A DNA stretch of 61,551 bases from Okamejei kenojei (lineage: Eukaryota). The stretch spans positions 62,001 to 123,551 of the forward strand of contig JAVHYY010000896.1 of NCBI GenBank assembly GCA_035221665.1, given 5' to 3'. The position numbers and the translations under genes are program-made. The notes below the pieces were generated by a model. The model saw only the letters and a list, made by a program, of their open reading frames with translations. It did not search any database and was not told the DNA's origin. Positions 35,730 to 48,720 of the stretch are shown here, in pieces. Positions within the stretch are counted from its first letter, which is position 1; every line of letters starts with the position of its first letter.

Positions 35730-37229
35730 AGGGCCTGTCCAACTTTCACGACCTTTTTTACCCGTGGACATTAGTCATCATGCTAGAAAAAAACGCCGCG
35801 ATCTACTTGATGCCAAGATACAAGATACATTTATTTGTCACATGTGCCAGGTGGCACAGTAAAATGCCATCACAATACAAAATAAAGAACACAACACACG
35901 ATAGAATTCAACATAAAACATCCCCTCACAGTAGCAGTGTTACAAAATTTTGAGATTTTAAAAATCAAGTCTGCAATTTATCCCATCAGATAAAGCATTA
36001 AAAAAAATTTGACACCTAATTCACTTTCACATCTTCAGTATTAAAAAAGGTATGGCCATTTTCATACTCGGAAATTAGCAACTTGTTCCCCATTGCCTTT
36101 CCATTGACTTAACTCAAAAGCTGCGATCGAGGGCAGTCAAAAGCCCATAACTTTCTTAAAAATTAAGAGAACTCAATGAAATTTTCAGTTATTATAGATT
36201 GAAGCATTCTGAAACAAATATGAAACAATCTTACTTGGATGACCTGAAATTAAAGCATATAATTAGTTAGTTACCTAATTGTAGCTAATTACAAAATTCA
36301 ATTACTAGATCTAAACATCTCTCCATTTCTTAAGAAAAGATTTTAAATTGCCTAAGTGTCCAAATAACATTCACACAATAATTCACAATATAACATGATT
36401 TTTAAATCTCATTTTCATGAATTTATAGGCCAAATGGAAGGAATTTAGTGTTTAATTCCTGTAAATTAATGGCCATTTAAATCAACTTGCGAGTGGGTTT
36501 TAGTGGAGTGCGATGGATTGGAACGTTGCGGCTTGCGGTGAAGTCGGCAGGAATAAAACTGCCGGTTCGTGTATATTATTTGTCCCCATTTCGCAACATG
36601 AAAATGTGATTAAATGTTTCCTAAGAACCGCGCTTTTATGTAAAAATAAACTCTGTACCTTTTTTTCTCCCCTATGTGAAATCCTTCCCGTTGTCGGCGC
36701 TCACGGCTTTAGAAGATGATTTTTAAATTACTTTAGCTAATAAATAATCTAGCGTAATTTAAACATACCTTCATAAATCAAATGTCGGAGCGATTTTTCT
36801 TCAGCAACGTAGAAAAACGGCGCTTTAAACACGCCCCCCTCTGAAAGACGCCAAAGTCACACACACGGGGAGCGGCAGAATTACAGCGCTGCTCGAGGTA
36901 CGTTTTGTAACATACCTACTCACAGCAGAAACAAAGGTTTCCCACTGTGAGGGAAGGCACCAAAGTCAGTCCTCTTCCTCCAATGTTCACCCGTGGTCGG
37001 GGCCTCCGCGATGTTCAGGCCGGGGCGATGTAAGTCCGACGCCGGGGCTGGTGGACCTCCTCACGCTGCTGCAGCTCCGGACCGTGTCCCCGGCAGCAAA
37101 GGCCGCTCCGATCCAGGTGACGAGTGACTACGACTGGCGTCACGGCCTGCTACCACCCTCGTGACGACCATGCTGCGAGTATGAGTCAAGCGCAAACTCG
37201 GCAGAGGTCGTGAAAGTGGGACAGGCCCT
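35730..37229. mobile_element. Harbinger MITE (TIR AGGGCCTGTCC) containing a LINE tail and a nested DNA element
   Basis: agggcctgtccaactttcacgacc ... ggtcgtgaaagtgggacaggccct. Confidence 0.8.
35930..36920. mobile_element. AT-rich non-autonomous DNA transposon, TIR AGTAG..TGTTACAAAA, 3-bp TSD CAC
   Basis: cac|agtagcagtgttacaaaa ... ttttgtaacatacctact|cac. Confidence 0.75.
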
Positions 37230-37934
37230 TATTACAGGCGGTGAGGGGTTGTCAAGTCAAGAGAGTTTTATTGTCATATGTCTCAGATAGGACAATGAAA
37301 TTCTTGCTTGCTGCAGCTCAACAGAATATATAAACGTAATATAGAACAGGAGATGGAAGTTCAGTGTGTCTATATACCATGGACCATATATATACACAAT
37401 AAATAAAGAGATAAAGTGCAATAGGCTGCTATAGTTCAGAGTTTGTTTGATGGCGAGTTTAGTAGCCTGATGGCTGTGGGGAAGAAGCTGTTCCTGAACC
37501 TGGATGTTGCAGATTTCAGGCTCCTGTACCTTCTACCTGATGGCAGCGGGGAGATGGGTGAGTGGCCAGGAAGGTGTGTGGGTCCTCGATGATGTTAGCC
37601 AGCCTTTTTGAGGCAGCGACTGCGATGGTGGGGAGGTGAGAGCCGGTGATGGAGTGGGCAGTGGTCACAACCTTCTGCGTTCCTTTCCGCTCCTGGGCGC
37701 TCAAGTTTCCGAACCAGGCAATGGTGCAGCCGGTCAGCATGCTCTACCGTGCACCTGTAGAAGTTCGAGAGAGTCCTCCTTGACATACCGACTCTCCGTA
37801 ATTTTCTCAGGAAGTAGAGGCGCTGAGATGTGCTATCTTTATGGTTTGCAAGGAAGGCCTTTGGGGGTAGGGTGAGGGGGGGGGGGGGGGGGTGTAGGTA
37901 GTGGCCGTCGTGACCCGTTCTTTGCCGTTGCCAG

Positions 37935-38114
37935 GTGGCGGAGGAGATCTGGACGACGTTTGCCCTGTGCCGGAGGGGTCAGGAGGCGGAGGTGAGAGGT
38001 CGCATCCAGAGGCTGGCCCAGAAGAGGTTCAGCGCCAGGGCGGAGGCGGTGAAGAGCAGGGCGGAGGGAGCCGGGGGTGAGGACAGCGAGGAGGAGGAAG
38101 ATGGCGGAGCGGAG
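37935..38114 (+). CDS. TSR2: TSR2 exon 4
   Basis: ttgccag| VAEEIWTTFALCRRGQEAEVRGRIQRLAQKRFSARAEAVKSRAEGAGGEDSEEEEDGGAE |gtgagg. 180 bp, phase 0-0, with an acidic tract. Confidence 0.92.
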
Positions 38115-38239
38115 GTGAGGCCTTGGAGTCAGAGAACTACCAACTTCCTACCAACAGGAAGGGCCTGTTTCCACGCTGAGTCATAGAGAGATACAGCGTG
38201 GAAACAGGCCCTTCGGCCCAACTTGCCCACACCGGCCAA

Positions 38240-38720
38240 CATATAACCATATAACAATTACAGCACGGAAACAGGCCATCTCGGCCCTTCTAGTCCGTGC
38301 CGAGCACTTTCCCTCACCTAGTCCCATCTACCTGCTCTCAGACCATCACCCTCCATTCCTTTCCCGTCCATATACCCATCCAATTTATTTTTAAACGATA
38401 AAATCGAACCTGCCTCCACCACTTCCACTGGAAGCTCATTCCACACAGCCACCACTCTCTGAGTAAAGACGTTCCCCCTCATGTTACCCCTAAACTTTTG
38501 TCCCTTAATTCTCAAATCATGTCCTCTTGTTTGAATCTTCCCTACTCTCAATGGAAAAAGCTTAACTCTGTCTATCCCTCTCATCAATTTAAAGACCTCT
38601 ATCAAGTCCCCCCCTTAACCTTCTGCGCTCCAAAGAATAAAGACCTATCTTGTTCAACCTTTCGCTGTAACTTAGGTCCTGAAGCCCAGGCAACATTCTA
38701 GTAAATCTCCTCTTGTTGAC
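38240..38720 (-). mobile_element. Second CR1 subfamily 3' fragment
   Basis: IEVFKLMRGIDRV...QTRGHDLRIKGQKFRGNMRGNVFTQRVVAVWNELP. Confidence 0.85.
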
Positions 38721-39159
38721 AAAATAGAGAGAGTACAGAGTACAGACTTGCCCCAGCTACACTAGTCCCACCTGCGCTCGTTTGGCCCATATCCAAACCT
38801 GTCCCATCCGTGTACCTGTCTAACGTTGGGATGGTCCCATCCTCAACTACCTCCTCCGGCAGCTCGTTCCGTACACCCACCATCCTCGGTGTGGAGAAAG
38901 TTACCCCTCAGATTCCTACTAAATGGTTTCCCCTTCACCTTGAACCTACGTCCTCTGGCCCTCGATTCCCCTACCCTGGGCAAGAGGCTCTCTGCGTCTA
39001 TTTCTCTCGTGAGTTTAGCCCTACGACAAAGGACAAAGGACATTTAATGTCACACACACCAATTGGTGCCGTGAAATTTGAGTTACCATTCAGCACACAG
39101 ATAAGATAAACACAACGCTATATAATTTAACGTCAAACATAAAGAACATTTTGTGACGC

Positions 39160-39194
<35 letters not shown>

Positions 39195-39228
39195 CTTTCT
39201 CTTTCTCTATCCCTCTGTGTGTGGACAG

Positions 39229-39357
39229 GCCATGGACTGCGAGAGCCAGCCCTCCCCCGATCCAGCCGCCCGCTGCCCCGCTGCCGTCCAGGGCCCGAGC
39301 GAGGAGACGGGCGAGTCTCCGGACGAGTGGACAGTGGTGCGGCGCAAGAGGAAGTAG
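39229..39357 (+). CDS. TSR2: TSR2 exon 5 (terminal coding exon)
   Basis: (CT)n tract + gacag| AMDCESQPSPDPAARCPAAVQGPSEETGESPDEWTVVRRKRK*. The C-terminal DEWTVVRRKRK matches the conserved TSR2 DGWTIVRRKK. Confidence 0.95.
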   Translation, partial: AMDCESQPSPDPAARCPAAVQGPSEETGESPDEWTVVRRKRK

Positions 39358-39479
39358 GCGAGGGCGGGGGCCAAGGGTTCTGGGCACCTCCCTCGGCAAG
39401 GCATGACCCGTCCTGACGGGGCTTGAAACCAGGCTGGGATCTCTCACCGCTAAAGGGACAGAATGGAACGCACACACTC

Positions 39480-40018
39480 TTTCCCCTCTTATCTCCCCCT
39501 CCCTCTCTGCTCCTGCCCCCTCCCCTTTCCTCCCCTTTCCCTCTTTGTCCTCCTCTGCTCTCCTCCCCTCCCCTCTCTTCCCCCCTTCCTCCCCTCTTCC
39601 TCCCTTCCTCCTCCTCTGTCATCCTATCCTCTCTTCCTTCCTCCCTTCCATCCTCCTCTGCTCTCTCCCCTCTCTCCCTCCTCCCCTCTTCCCCCTTCCT
39701 CCTCCCTGTCGTTCCTCCTCCTCCTCCCCTCCTCTCTCCTCCCCTCTGCCCCCTTCCTCCTCCTCTTCTCCCCTTCCTCCTCCTTTCTCCCTCCTCCTCC
39801 ATCCTCTCCCTATCCCTCTCCTCCTCCCTCTCCTCCTCCTCCTACCCCTCTCCTCTCCTCCCCCTTCCCCCCCCTTTCTTCCTCCCTTCCTCCTCCTCCT
39901 CCTCCTCCACTCTCTCCCTCCTTCCCCCCCTTCCTCCTCTGCTCTCTCCTCTCTCTTCCCCCTCCTCCTCCCCCCTCTTCCCCCCCCCTCTTCTCTCCTC
40001 CCCTCTCTCCCTCCTCAG
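39480..40018 (+). repeat. (CCT/CT)n pyrimidine tract in the TSR2 3' region
   Basis: Low complexity. Confidence 0.9.
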
Positions 40019-41714
40019 CTAAACGGAGTTTGGCATTAGCTTTATCGTGTGGACAGCAGTAGTCATCAGAAGGACACAAAGTGCTGGAGTAACTCAGCGG
40101 GTCGGGCAGCATCTCTGGAGGAGGTGGAGGGGAAGGTCCTTCTTCCGACTGGTCATGTCCCGATTGCCGGCACGCTCTCCGGTGACGGTGCGGTGAAATG
40201 GATCGAGCCGCCTCGGGGAATCTGCCCGTTCGGACACTCTGAGGGGTGTGTGTGTGTGTGTGTGTGTGTTCGGCGAGAGAATTACCCGCAAACGGACAAA
40301 GGAGAGACCACAGTCGCCTCCAGGGCTAGTGATTTTCATCGTCCCAACCGTTCCCTGTTGGACATTTGCAGCCTGGAAGTCGACTTTTTGGTCAATGACG
40401 GAAGCAGAAAAAGACAAATTAAAGGCAGTTTTATGCCTCGGGTTGATGGATCAAGACTCTTGCGAGTATACTTGTTTGCGGGATAAATCTTGGAACGATT
40501 TGCTCGATTTGTCAATGAGGAATTTTTTTTTTTAATTAGCCGGGCTGTCGCCCGACATCGCACGCGTCCGCCCCTCTCCTGCCTTCTCCCCGTAACTACT
40601 GACGCCCGACCAGCGATCGCCCGTTCCCACGCTCGTTTAGAGATGCAACTCGGAAACTTTCCTTCAGGCCCACTAAATCCGCGCCCACCGGCGATGGCCC
40701 AGTACACCAGCGCTACCTTACACACTGGGGACAATTTTACAATTGCAGTTGAATTGTTGAATCTGTTCAAACGAATGTTGAACCTGTTGAGGGTACACAA
40801 AAAGCTGGAGAAACTCAGCGGGTGCAGCAGCATCTAAGGAGCGAAGGAGATAGGCGACGTTTCGGGTCGAGATCCTTCTTCAGACTGGTCAGGATCAGGG
40901 AAACGAGAGATATAGACGGTGATGTGGAGAGATAAGGAACAATGAATGAAAGATATGCAAAAAAGTATCGATGATAAAGGGAACGAGCCATTGTAAGCTG
41001 TTTGTGGTGTGAAAATGAGAAGCTGGTGCGACTGGGGTGGGGGAGGGAGATAGAGATAGAGGGAATGCCAGGGCCCGAGGGCTGAGGGAGAGGTGGGAAG
41101 GGGAGGAGACAGCAAGGGTTAACAGAATTGAGAAAATTCAATGTTCTAGGTTCAGTGAAAATTCAGGTTCATTGAACCTGTTGAAACTTGCCCTGGAAAT
41201 GGGCAGCCAGCAACAGTCCCAACAGTAGCTGACCCAAGGGAGACATAAGCTGCTGGAGTAACTCAGCGGGGCAGGCAGCATCTGTGGAGGGAAGGAACGG
41301 GCGACGTTTCGGGTCGAGACCCTTCTTCAGACTTCAGGTCTCAACCCAGTCCCCTCGACCCGAGTAGAAGCAGTCAGATACGGGGCAAACCAATTTAGCC
41401 CAAAAAAATGGGATGCCCTGGCTAATTTGCCACAGGAAAGGATTAGTATAAGAAAGGCAATAACAGGTTAAGAATTAAGATTTGTTTTGCTAGTATTTTA
41501 TTAAAAAGTCTGATAAAATTGTATAAAATGGAATTTACAAGATACACTATTATCCTGGTGTAACATTATGGGGAGAAAACATATACAAAATTGTGTAAAA
41601 TATCGTCCCACCAAGTCTGCGCTGGCCAGCGTTCCACACACACTGGGGACAATTTAGAATTTATTGCCAAAGTCAATTAGCCTACAAACCTGAGGCAGAC
41701 ACAAGATTTACAAG

Positions 41715-44690
41715 GATGAGAGGTGATCTCATTGCAGCATATAAGATTATTAAGGGTTTGGACACGCTGGAGGCAGGAGACATGTTCCCGATGTTGGGGG
41801 AGTCCAGAACCAGGGATGGCGGGACTGTCGTATGCTGGAAGAATGGAGCGGCTGGGCTTGTACACACTGGAATTTGGAAGGATGAAAGGGGATCTTGTTG
41901 AAACATCTAAGATTATGAAGGGTTTGGACACGCTAGAGGCAGGAAACATGCTCCCAATGTTGGGGGAGTCCAGAACCAGGGGCCACACACACAGTTTAAA
42001 AATAAGGGGTCGGCCATTTAGAACAGAGACGAGGAAACACCTTTTCACCCAGAGAGTTGTGAGTCTGAGGAGTTCTCTGCCTCAGAGGGCGGTGGAGGTC
42101 GGTTCTCTGGATATTTTCAAGAGAGAGATAGATAGGGCTCTTAAAGATAGCGGAGTCAGGGGATATGGGGAGAAGGCGGGAATGGGGTACTGATTGGGGA
42201 TGACCAGCCATGATCACATTGAATGGCAGTGCTGGCTCGAACGGCCTACTCCTGCACCCATTATCTTTTGCTCGTTTTGTTTCTGCCGTTCTCCGACTCA
42301 AGAGTGTGCAGTGCCCAGCAGATCATTGGACACAGCCCGGCCCAGATCTTGTGTTAACGTTGCAAGCAAAGGTTAAATCGAGCGAAACCACACAAAATGG
42401 CAGCCTGGTTTGTCGTTGATTCGTTTAGAAACATAGAAAATAGGTGCAGGAGTAGGCCATTCAGCCCTTCGAGCCTGCACCGCCATTCAATATGATCATG
42501 GCTGATCATCCAACTCAGTATCCTGTACCTGCCTTCTCTCCATACCCCCCCTGATCCCTTCAGCCACGAGGGCCACATCTAACTCCCTCTTAAATATAGC
42601 CAATGAACTGGCCTCAACTACCTTCTGTGGCAGAGAATTCCACAGATTCACCAGTCTCTGTGTGAAAAATGTTTTTCTCATCTCAGTCCTATAAGATTTC
42701 CCCCTTATCCTTAAACTGTGTGACCCCTTGTCCTGGACTTCCCCAACATCGGGGACAATCTTCCTGCATCTAGCCTGTCCAACCCCTTAAGAATTTTGTA
42801 CGTTTCTATAAGATCCCCCCTCAATCTTCTAAATTCTAGCGAGTACAAGCCGAGTCTATCCAGTCTTTCTTCATATGAAAGTCCTGCCATCCCAGGATCA
42901 GTCTGGTGAACCTTCTCTGTACTCCCTCTATCAGGAAGCAACTGCAGATGCTGGTTCACAGCCAAGATAGACACACAATGCTGGAGTACCCCAGCGCGAC
43001 AGGCAGCAATCTCAGGAGAGATGGAATGGCACACATTTTGGCTCGTGAGACAGCCAGGGGAGAGGCAGACTAGAGATATGGAAGGGTAAGGTGTGAAAAT
43101 GACCGATGATCGCTGGATTAGTGCCTTGCGGCATCGGGAAGCTTTGAATGGAGAATTTTGCGGCCCGCGTTTGTGTCTTGGCCCCAGGTTCCAGAGAGGA
43201 CAATCCCACAGCGTGCTGGACGGTATCTTGGAAATGTTGGTATGTTGGGCTGAAATAAAAATAGTGGCAACAATATTAAAAGAATAGCAACAGTAGAAGC
43301 ATGCAGTGAAGAAAGCTAGCAGCATGTAAGGCAGTGCAGCGTAGGTTCACCAGATTGATCCCTGGGATGGCGGGACTGTCATATGAGGAATGATTGAAAA
43401 GACTAGGCTTGTATTCACAGAGTTTAGAAGGATGAGGGGGGATCTTATAGAAACATATCAAATTATAAAAGGACTGGACAAGCTAGAGGCAGGAAAAATG
43501 TTCCCAATGTGGGGCGAGTCCAGAACCAGGGGCCACACACAGTCTAAGAATAAAGGGGAGGCCATTTAAGACAGAGGTGAGAAAAAAACGTTTTCACCCA
43601 GAGAGTTGTGAATTTGCGGAATTCCCTGCCACAGAGGGCAGTGGAGGCCAAGTCACTGGATGGATTTAAGAGAGAGTTGGATGGAGCTCTATGGGCTGGT
43701 GGAGTCAACGGATACGGGGAGAAGGCAGGCACGGGTTATTGATAGCGGACGATCAGCCATGATCACAATGAATCCCCCCCCCCTCAACCTTGGACAATTT
43801 TTACATTTACACCCAAGCCAATTAACCTACAAACCTGCACGTCTTTGGAGTGTGGGAGGAAACAGAAGGTCTCGGAGAAAACCCACGCCGGTCACGGGGA
43901 GAGCGTGCAAACTCCGTACAGGCAGTGCCCGGAGTCGGGATCGAAACCAGAACTCTGGCTCTGCATTCGCTGTAAGGCAGCAAATCTATCGCTGTGCCAC
44001 TGTTGACTGCACCTGGAGTATTGTGTGCAGTTTTGGTCCCCTAATTTGAGGGAGGACATCCTTGCTATTGAGGGAACCCAGCGTAGGTTCACCGGGTTAA
44101 TTCCCGGGATGGCGGGACTGTCATTTGCTGAGAGAATGGAGCGGCTGGGGCTTGTACACTCTGGAGTTTAGAACGATGAGAGGGGATCTTAATGAAACGA
44201 ATAAGATTATTAAGGGTTTGGACACACCAGAGGCAGGAAACATGTTCCCGATGTTGGGGGAGTCCAGAACCAGGGGCCACAGTTTAAGAATAAGGGGTCG
44301 GCCATTTAGAACAGAGACGAGGAAACACTTTTTCTCACAGAGAGTTGTGAGTCTGTGGAATTCTCTGTCTCAGAGGGCGGTGAGACAGAGAATTCCACAA
44401 ACCCACCACTCTCTTGTAGAAAAAGTGTTTCCTCGTCTCCGTTCTAAATGGCTTACCCCTTATTCTTAAACTGTGTGTGTGTGGCCCCTGGCTCTGGACT
44501 CCCCCAACATCGGGAACATGTTTAATGCCTCCAAACCCTTAATAATCTTATATGTTTCAATGAGATCCCCTCTCATCCTTCTAAACTCCAGAGTGTACAA
44601 GCCCAGCTGCTCCATTCTCTCAGCGTATGACAGTCCCGCCATCCCGGGAATTAACCTGGTGAACCTACGCTGGGCTCCCTCGATAGCGAG
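41715..44690. mobile_element. Dense CR1/HER1, SINE and Penelope fragments between the convergent TSR2 and SIT1-like 3' ends
   Basis: Multiple ORF2 C-terminal translations on both strands. Confidence 0.85.
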
Positions 44691-44795
44691 AAGTGGTTCT
44701 TGTTATGAAGGCAGGAGAATGGCGTTGAGAGGGAAAGATAGATCAGCATTAGATTCACTCACCAGAGTGTGGGTTTGCAACGCTAGATTTCAACG

Positions 44796-45077
44796 CTAGA
44801 TTTTGAGGCTGTCTTTGTTGGCGTAGTCCTCCCTCCAGCCCCTCTCCTCCCGCCTGCCGAGCCTCACCGAGGCGTAGAGGTCAGACGAGCCCAGATCCAG
44901 GAGCTGGGTGTTTGAGGTTGGCGAGGGAACGTCGCTGTGGCTGCCCTCCGATGCTCCGTGCCCTGCCTGCCCGACGGCCAGCATGTTCAAGATGTCGGTG
45001 TACTGCGTGCTGGTTAGCTTTCTGCCCCGTCGATCCCGGGACGCGGGCAACTCCAGCTTGGCATAGCAGACCTGTCG
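44796..45077 (-). CDS. SIT1: SIT1-like adaptor, terminal exon with tyrosine signalling motifs
   Basis: ccccttttgtcccgtcgatcag| RQVCYAKLELPASRDRRGRKLTSTQYTDILNMLAVGQAGHGASEGSHSDVPSPTSNTQLLDLGSSDLYASVRLGRREERGWREDYANKDSLKI*. The motif order matches human SIT1 (CYTSL, VKYSEV, ELYASV, AYAN). Confidence 0.85.
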   Translation of the reverse strand, partial: RQVCYAKLELPASRDRRGRKLTSTQYTDILNMLAVGQAGHGASEGSHSDVPSPTSNTQLLDLGSSDLYASVRLGRREERGWREDYANKDSLKI

Positions 45078-45578
45078 CTGATCGACGGGACAAAAGGGGA
45101 ACGTAAATAATGTTCCCATCTCCGCCCCTTCAGAAGCATAGGTGCAGGAGTAGAGGCCATTCGGCCCTCCGAACCAGCACCGCCATTCACTGTGATCACG
45201 GCTGATCATCCCCAATCTGTATCCCCGCTCCTGCCTTCTCCCCATATCCCCTGACTCTGCTATCTTTAAGAGCTCTATCTAACGCTCTTGAAAGTATCCA
45301 GAGAACCGGCCTCCACCGCCCTCTGAGGCAGAGAATTCCACAGACTCACAACTCTCTGGGTGAAAAGGTTTTTCCTCGTCTCCGTTCTAAATGGCTGACC
45401 TCTTATTCTTAAACTGTGTTCTGAACTCCCCCAACATTGAGAACATGTTTCCTGCCTCTAAACTGTCCAATCCCTTAATTATCTTCTGTTTCAATAAGAT
45501 CCCCTCTCATCCTAAATTCCAGTGTATACAATCCCCTCCGCTCCTCCCCTCCCCCTCCCCTCACCTCCCCTTTCCTCC

Positions 45579-45774
45579 NNNNNNNNNNNNNNNNNNNNNN
45601 NNNNNNNNNNNNNNNNNNNNNNNNNNNNNNNNNNNNNNNNNNNNNNNNNNNNNNNNNNNNNNNNNNNNNNNNNNNNNNNNNNNNNNNNNNNNNNNNNNNN
45701 NNNNNNNNNNNNNNNNNNNNNNNNNNNNNNNNNNNNNNNNNNNNNNNNNNNNNNNNNNNNNNNNNNNNNNNNNN
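45579..45774. other. Assembly gap (N) inside the SIT1-like gene
   Basis: Run of N. Confidence 0.99.
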
Positions 45775-45840
45775 TGACGTTAAACACACCTTTTACGTCC
45801 CGCATTGCCGTAGACTGCGGTATGCTCCCTCTTTCCACAT
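45775..45840 (-). CDS. SIT1/TRAT1-like adaptor, exon 5 (partial; 3' end uncertain, probably in the gap)
   Basis: caccctgtag| (D)VERGSIPQSTAMRDVKGVFNV continues open into the N gap. Its phase-1 start matches exon 4, and a phase-0 end is needed to join the last exon. Confidence 0.6.
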
Positions 45841-46319
45841 CTACAGGGTGAATGAGAGTGTTTCCGGTATTAAACACACTGTGACTTGTTCAAAGAGTCT
45901 CTATCTCATACATGTTACTGGGAAATAATCTCAGTGGCACAACTGGTACATGTCTCCGAGCTCCGGAGACCTGATCCGTAGACATGGAAACATAGAAATT
46001 AGGTGCAGCAGGAGGCCATTTGGCCCTTCGAGCCAGCACCACCAAGCATGGTGGAATTGCCTGCGTTTCAGCACCTAAGTTGACATGGGGAAGCTTTTTC
46101 CACTGAGAATAGGGCTTTTTTTTTTATTCACAGAATTTTGTAAGGTCAAACTGACTTGTGGGGGGGGGGGGGGGAAAGCCCTTCCGTGTGCCGTCATACA
46201 CGTGACCGGCCCTATTTGACCGATGACCCTTGAGAAATGTTTTAGCTTTGGTAAACTTAAAAAAAAAAGAGAATCGTGTATGCAGCACAAAACAATATGC
46301 CTGCAATGCTGTCGAAATT

Positions 46320-47310
46320 AGAAGAGATGTATTTGGAGGTTAATGCTGATAAGTGTGAGGTGCTACATCTTGGCAGGATAAATCAAAATAGGACGTACAT
46401 GGTAAATGTGAGCAAATTGAGGAATGCTGTGGAACAGAGGGATCTAGGAATAACTGCGCATAGTTTCAGCACCTAAGTTACAGAGAAAGGTTGAACTTTT
46501 GGATAATGAAGTAGATTTTCAAAGTCTACAGAGAGATTTGGGCCATTTGGAAAAGTGGGCTGAAAGATGGCAGATGGAGTTTAATGCTGTTAAGTGTGAA
46601 GTGCTACATCTTGGCAGGACAAATCAAAATAGGACGTACATGGTAAATGGTAGGGAATTGAGGAATGCTGTGGAACAGAGGGATCTAGGAATAACTGTGC
46701 ATAATTCCCTGAAGGTGGAATCGCATGTAGATAGGGTGATAAAGACAGCCTTTGGTGTGCTGGCCTTTATAAATCAGAGCATTGAATATAGGAGTAGGGA
46801 AGTTATGTTAAAATTGTACAAGGCATTGGTAAGACCAATTCTGGAGTATGTGTACAGTTTTGGTCGCCTAATTATAAGAAGGATGTCAACAAAATAGAGA
46901 GAGTACAGAGAGATTTACTAGAATGTTGCCAGGGTTCCAGCAACTATTACAGAGAAAGGTTGAACAAGTTAGGTCTTTATTCTTTGGAGCGCAGAAGGTT
47001 AAGGGGGGACTTGATTTGAGGTCTTTAAAATGATGAAAGGGATAGACAAGTTGACGTGGATACGTTTTTCCCATTGAGGGTAGGGAAGATTCAAACAAGA
47101 GGGCATGACATGAGAATTAAGGGACAGAGGTTTCGGGGTAACGTGAGGGGGAACTTCTTTACTCAGAGGGTGGTGGCTGTGTGGAATGAGCTTCCAGTGG
47201 AAGTGGTGGAGGCAGGATCGATTTTAACATTTAAAAGTAAAGTGGATAGGTATATGGATGGGAAAGGAATGGAGAGTTATGGTCTGAGTGCAGGTAGATG
47301 GGACTAAGTG
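46320..47310 (+). mobile_element. CR1 (second subfamily) 3' fragment; degenerate copies at 51975-52870 and 60655-61050
   Basis: LQRDLGHLEKWAERWQMEFNAVKCEVLHLGRTN...LVRPILEY. Confidence 0.9.
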
Positions 47311-47320
47311 AGAGTAAAAA

Positions 47321-47606
47321 ATGCCCCTGTCCCACTTAGCAAACCTGAACGGAAACCTCTGGAGACTTTGCGCCCCACCCAAGGTTTCCGTGCGGTTCCC
47401 GGAGGTTTTTGTCCTCCGGCAACCACCCTCAACTAGTATCGCAACCGGCTTCGACTAAAAAAATGACCGATTTCTAAAACGGAAACCACTTTCGACCATG
47501 AGGGAGACTGACAAAGACCTCCGGGGACCGCACGGAGGAGACCTGGGGTGGGGGCGCAAAGCCTCCAGAGGTTTCCGTTCGGGTTTCCTAAGTGGGACGG
47601 GGGCGT
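47321..47606. mobile_element. Harbinger-like MITE (TIR GCCCCTGTCCCACTTAG) inserted in a CR1 tail
   Basis: atgcccctgtcccacttag ... ctaagtgggacgggggcgt. Confidence 0.7.
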
Positions 47607-47875
47607 TAGTGTTCGGCACGGACGAGAAGGGCCGAGATGGCCTGTTTCCGTGCTGTAATTGTTATGTGGTTATATGTGTGGGCACTGTAAGGGCAGCAAC
47701 TGTACCGCTATGCGACTGCGTGGTGTGTGTGTGTGTGTGTGTACGTGTGTGTGAAGGGCTGAATGGCCTGCTCCTGCACCTATTTTCCATGTCGCTAAGT
47801 TCTCCGTTGCCCCACGGATGCGGGTGAGACGAGGGTGTGCGTGTCTGCTGTGCCCGATGCTCACAAAATGCTCAC

Positions 47876-47943
47876 CCGTGTAAAAGTAGTTTATGTTGCC
47901 ATAGACCGGATTCTCCTCCACCTCCTCCGACTTGAAGTTAAGG
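47876..47943 (-). CDS. SIT1/TRAT1-like adaptor, exon 4 (YGNI motif)
   Basis: ttccttcgtag| (S)LNFKSEEVEENPVYGNINYFYT |gtgagc. 68 bp, phase 2-1. Aligns to human SIT1 VEEVPLYGNLHYLQT and TRAT1 IEDTPIYGNL. Confidence 0.88.
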
Positions 47944-48111
47944 CTACGAAGGAAAGATATGATGCAAGTCGTGTAAGTCCAGTCATAGAAATATAGAGAA
48001 TAGGTGCATGCGGCCCTTCGCGCCAGCACCGCCATTCGATACGATCACGGCTGATCACCCACAATCAGCGCCCCGTTCCGGCCTTCTCCCCACATCCCTT
48101 GACTACATTAG

Positions 48112-48720
48112 CAGAGATGCCAAGTGTCCCGGATTCGCCGTATTTTGTCCCGGCGAAATAACCTTTTTACGGTGTTCCGGCAGCCAAACATGCTGTTACG
48201 GAACGCCGGTGTTCCTCCCGTGGTGAACGCCGGCGCCATGTGCCCCCGGTTTGCCGGCCCGCGCGATCAGCGGCACTTTGCCGGGCCCTAGTGTCCGCGC
48301 CTGCGCAGTTGGGGAGGGTTGCCGGGCCCCAGTGGCCGCGCGTGCGCAGTGGGGGAGGGTTGCCGGGCCTGGCGCCATTTCGAGCCACGCCACGCACGGC
48401 CCAGAGCCCGGGCGGCGCCGGCCCGCGCGATCAGCGGCACTTTCTTGCCGCCAGCCGGCCGCTCGCGGCAGCCCCATCACCGGGCCTCCCCCCCCACCCC
48501 CACCCAGTGCGCAGGCGCAGACCCGCCGGCAACCTTGCCAAGTGCGCATGTGCCGCACCCGCCCGCCGGCAGCCCGCTGATCTGCACCAGTGCGCAGGCG
48601 CATAGCCGCCGGCAACAACTCCAAGTGAGTATGTTACGGAGAGAAATGCATTTAACCCCATTTGTTACGGACAAATGGGTTGAATGTTACTGTGAACTAA
48701 ATTTAGGGTTGGCATCTCTG
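48112..48720 (+). mobile_element. Non-autonomous hAT-like element, TIR CAGAGATGCCAA, 6-bp TSD CATTAG
   Basis: cattag|cagagatgccaa ... ttggcatctctg|cattag, with a GC-rich interior containing internal repeats. Confidence 0.85.

Noticed and set aside
39083-40112. 199-239-aa E/G/R- or P/S/L-rich ORFs near the TSR2 end
   Set aside because: They derive from the (CCT)n tract. The real TSR2 exon 5 is in another frame and ends at 39357.
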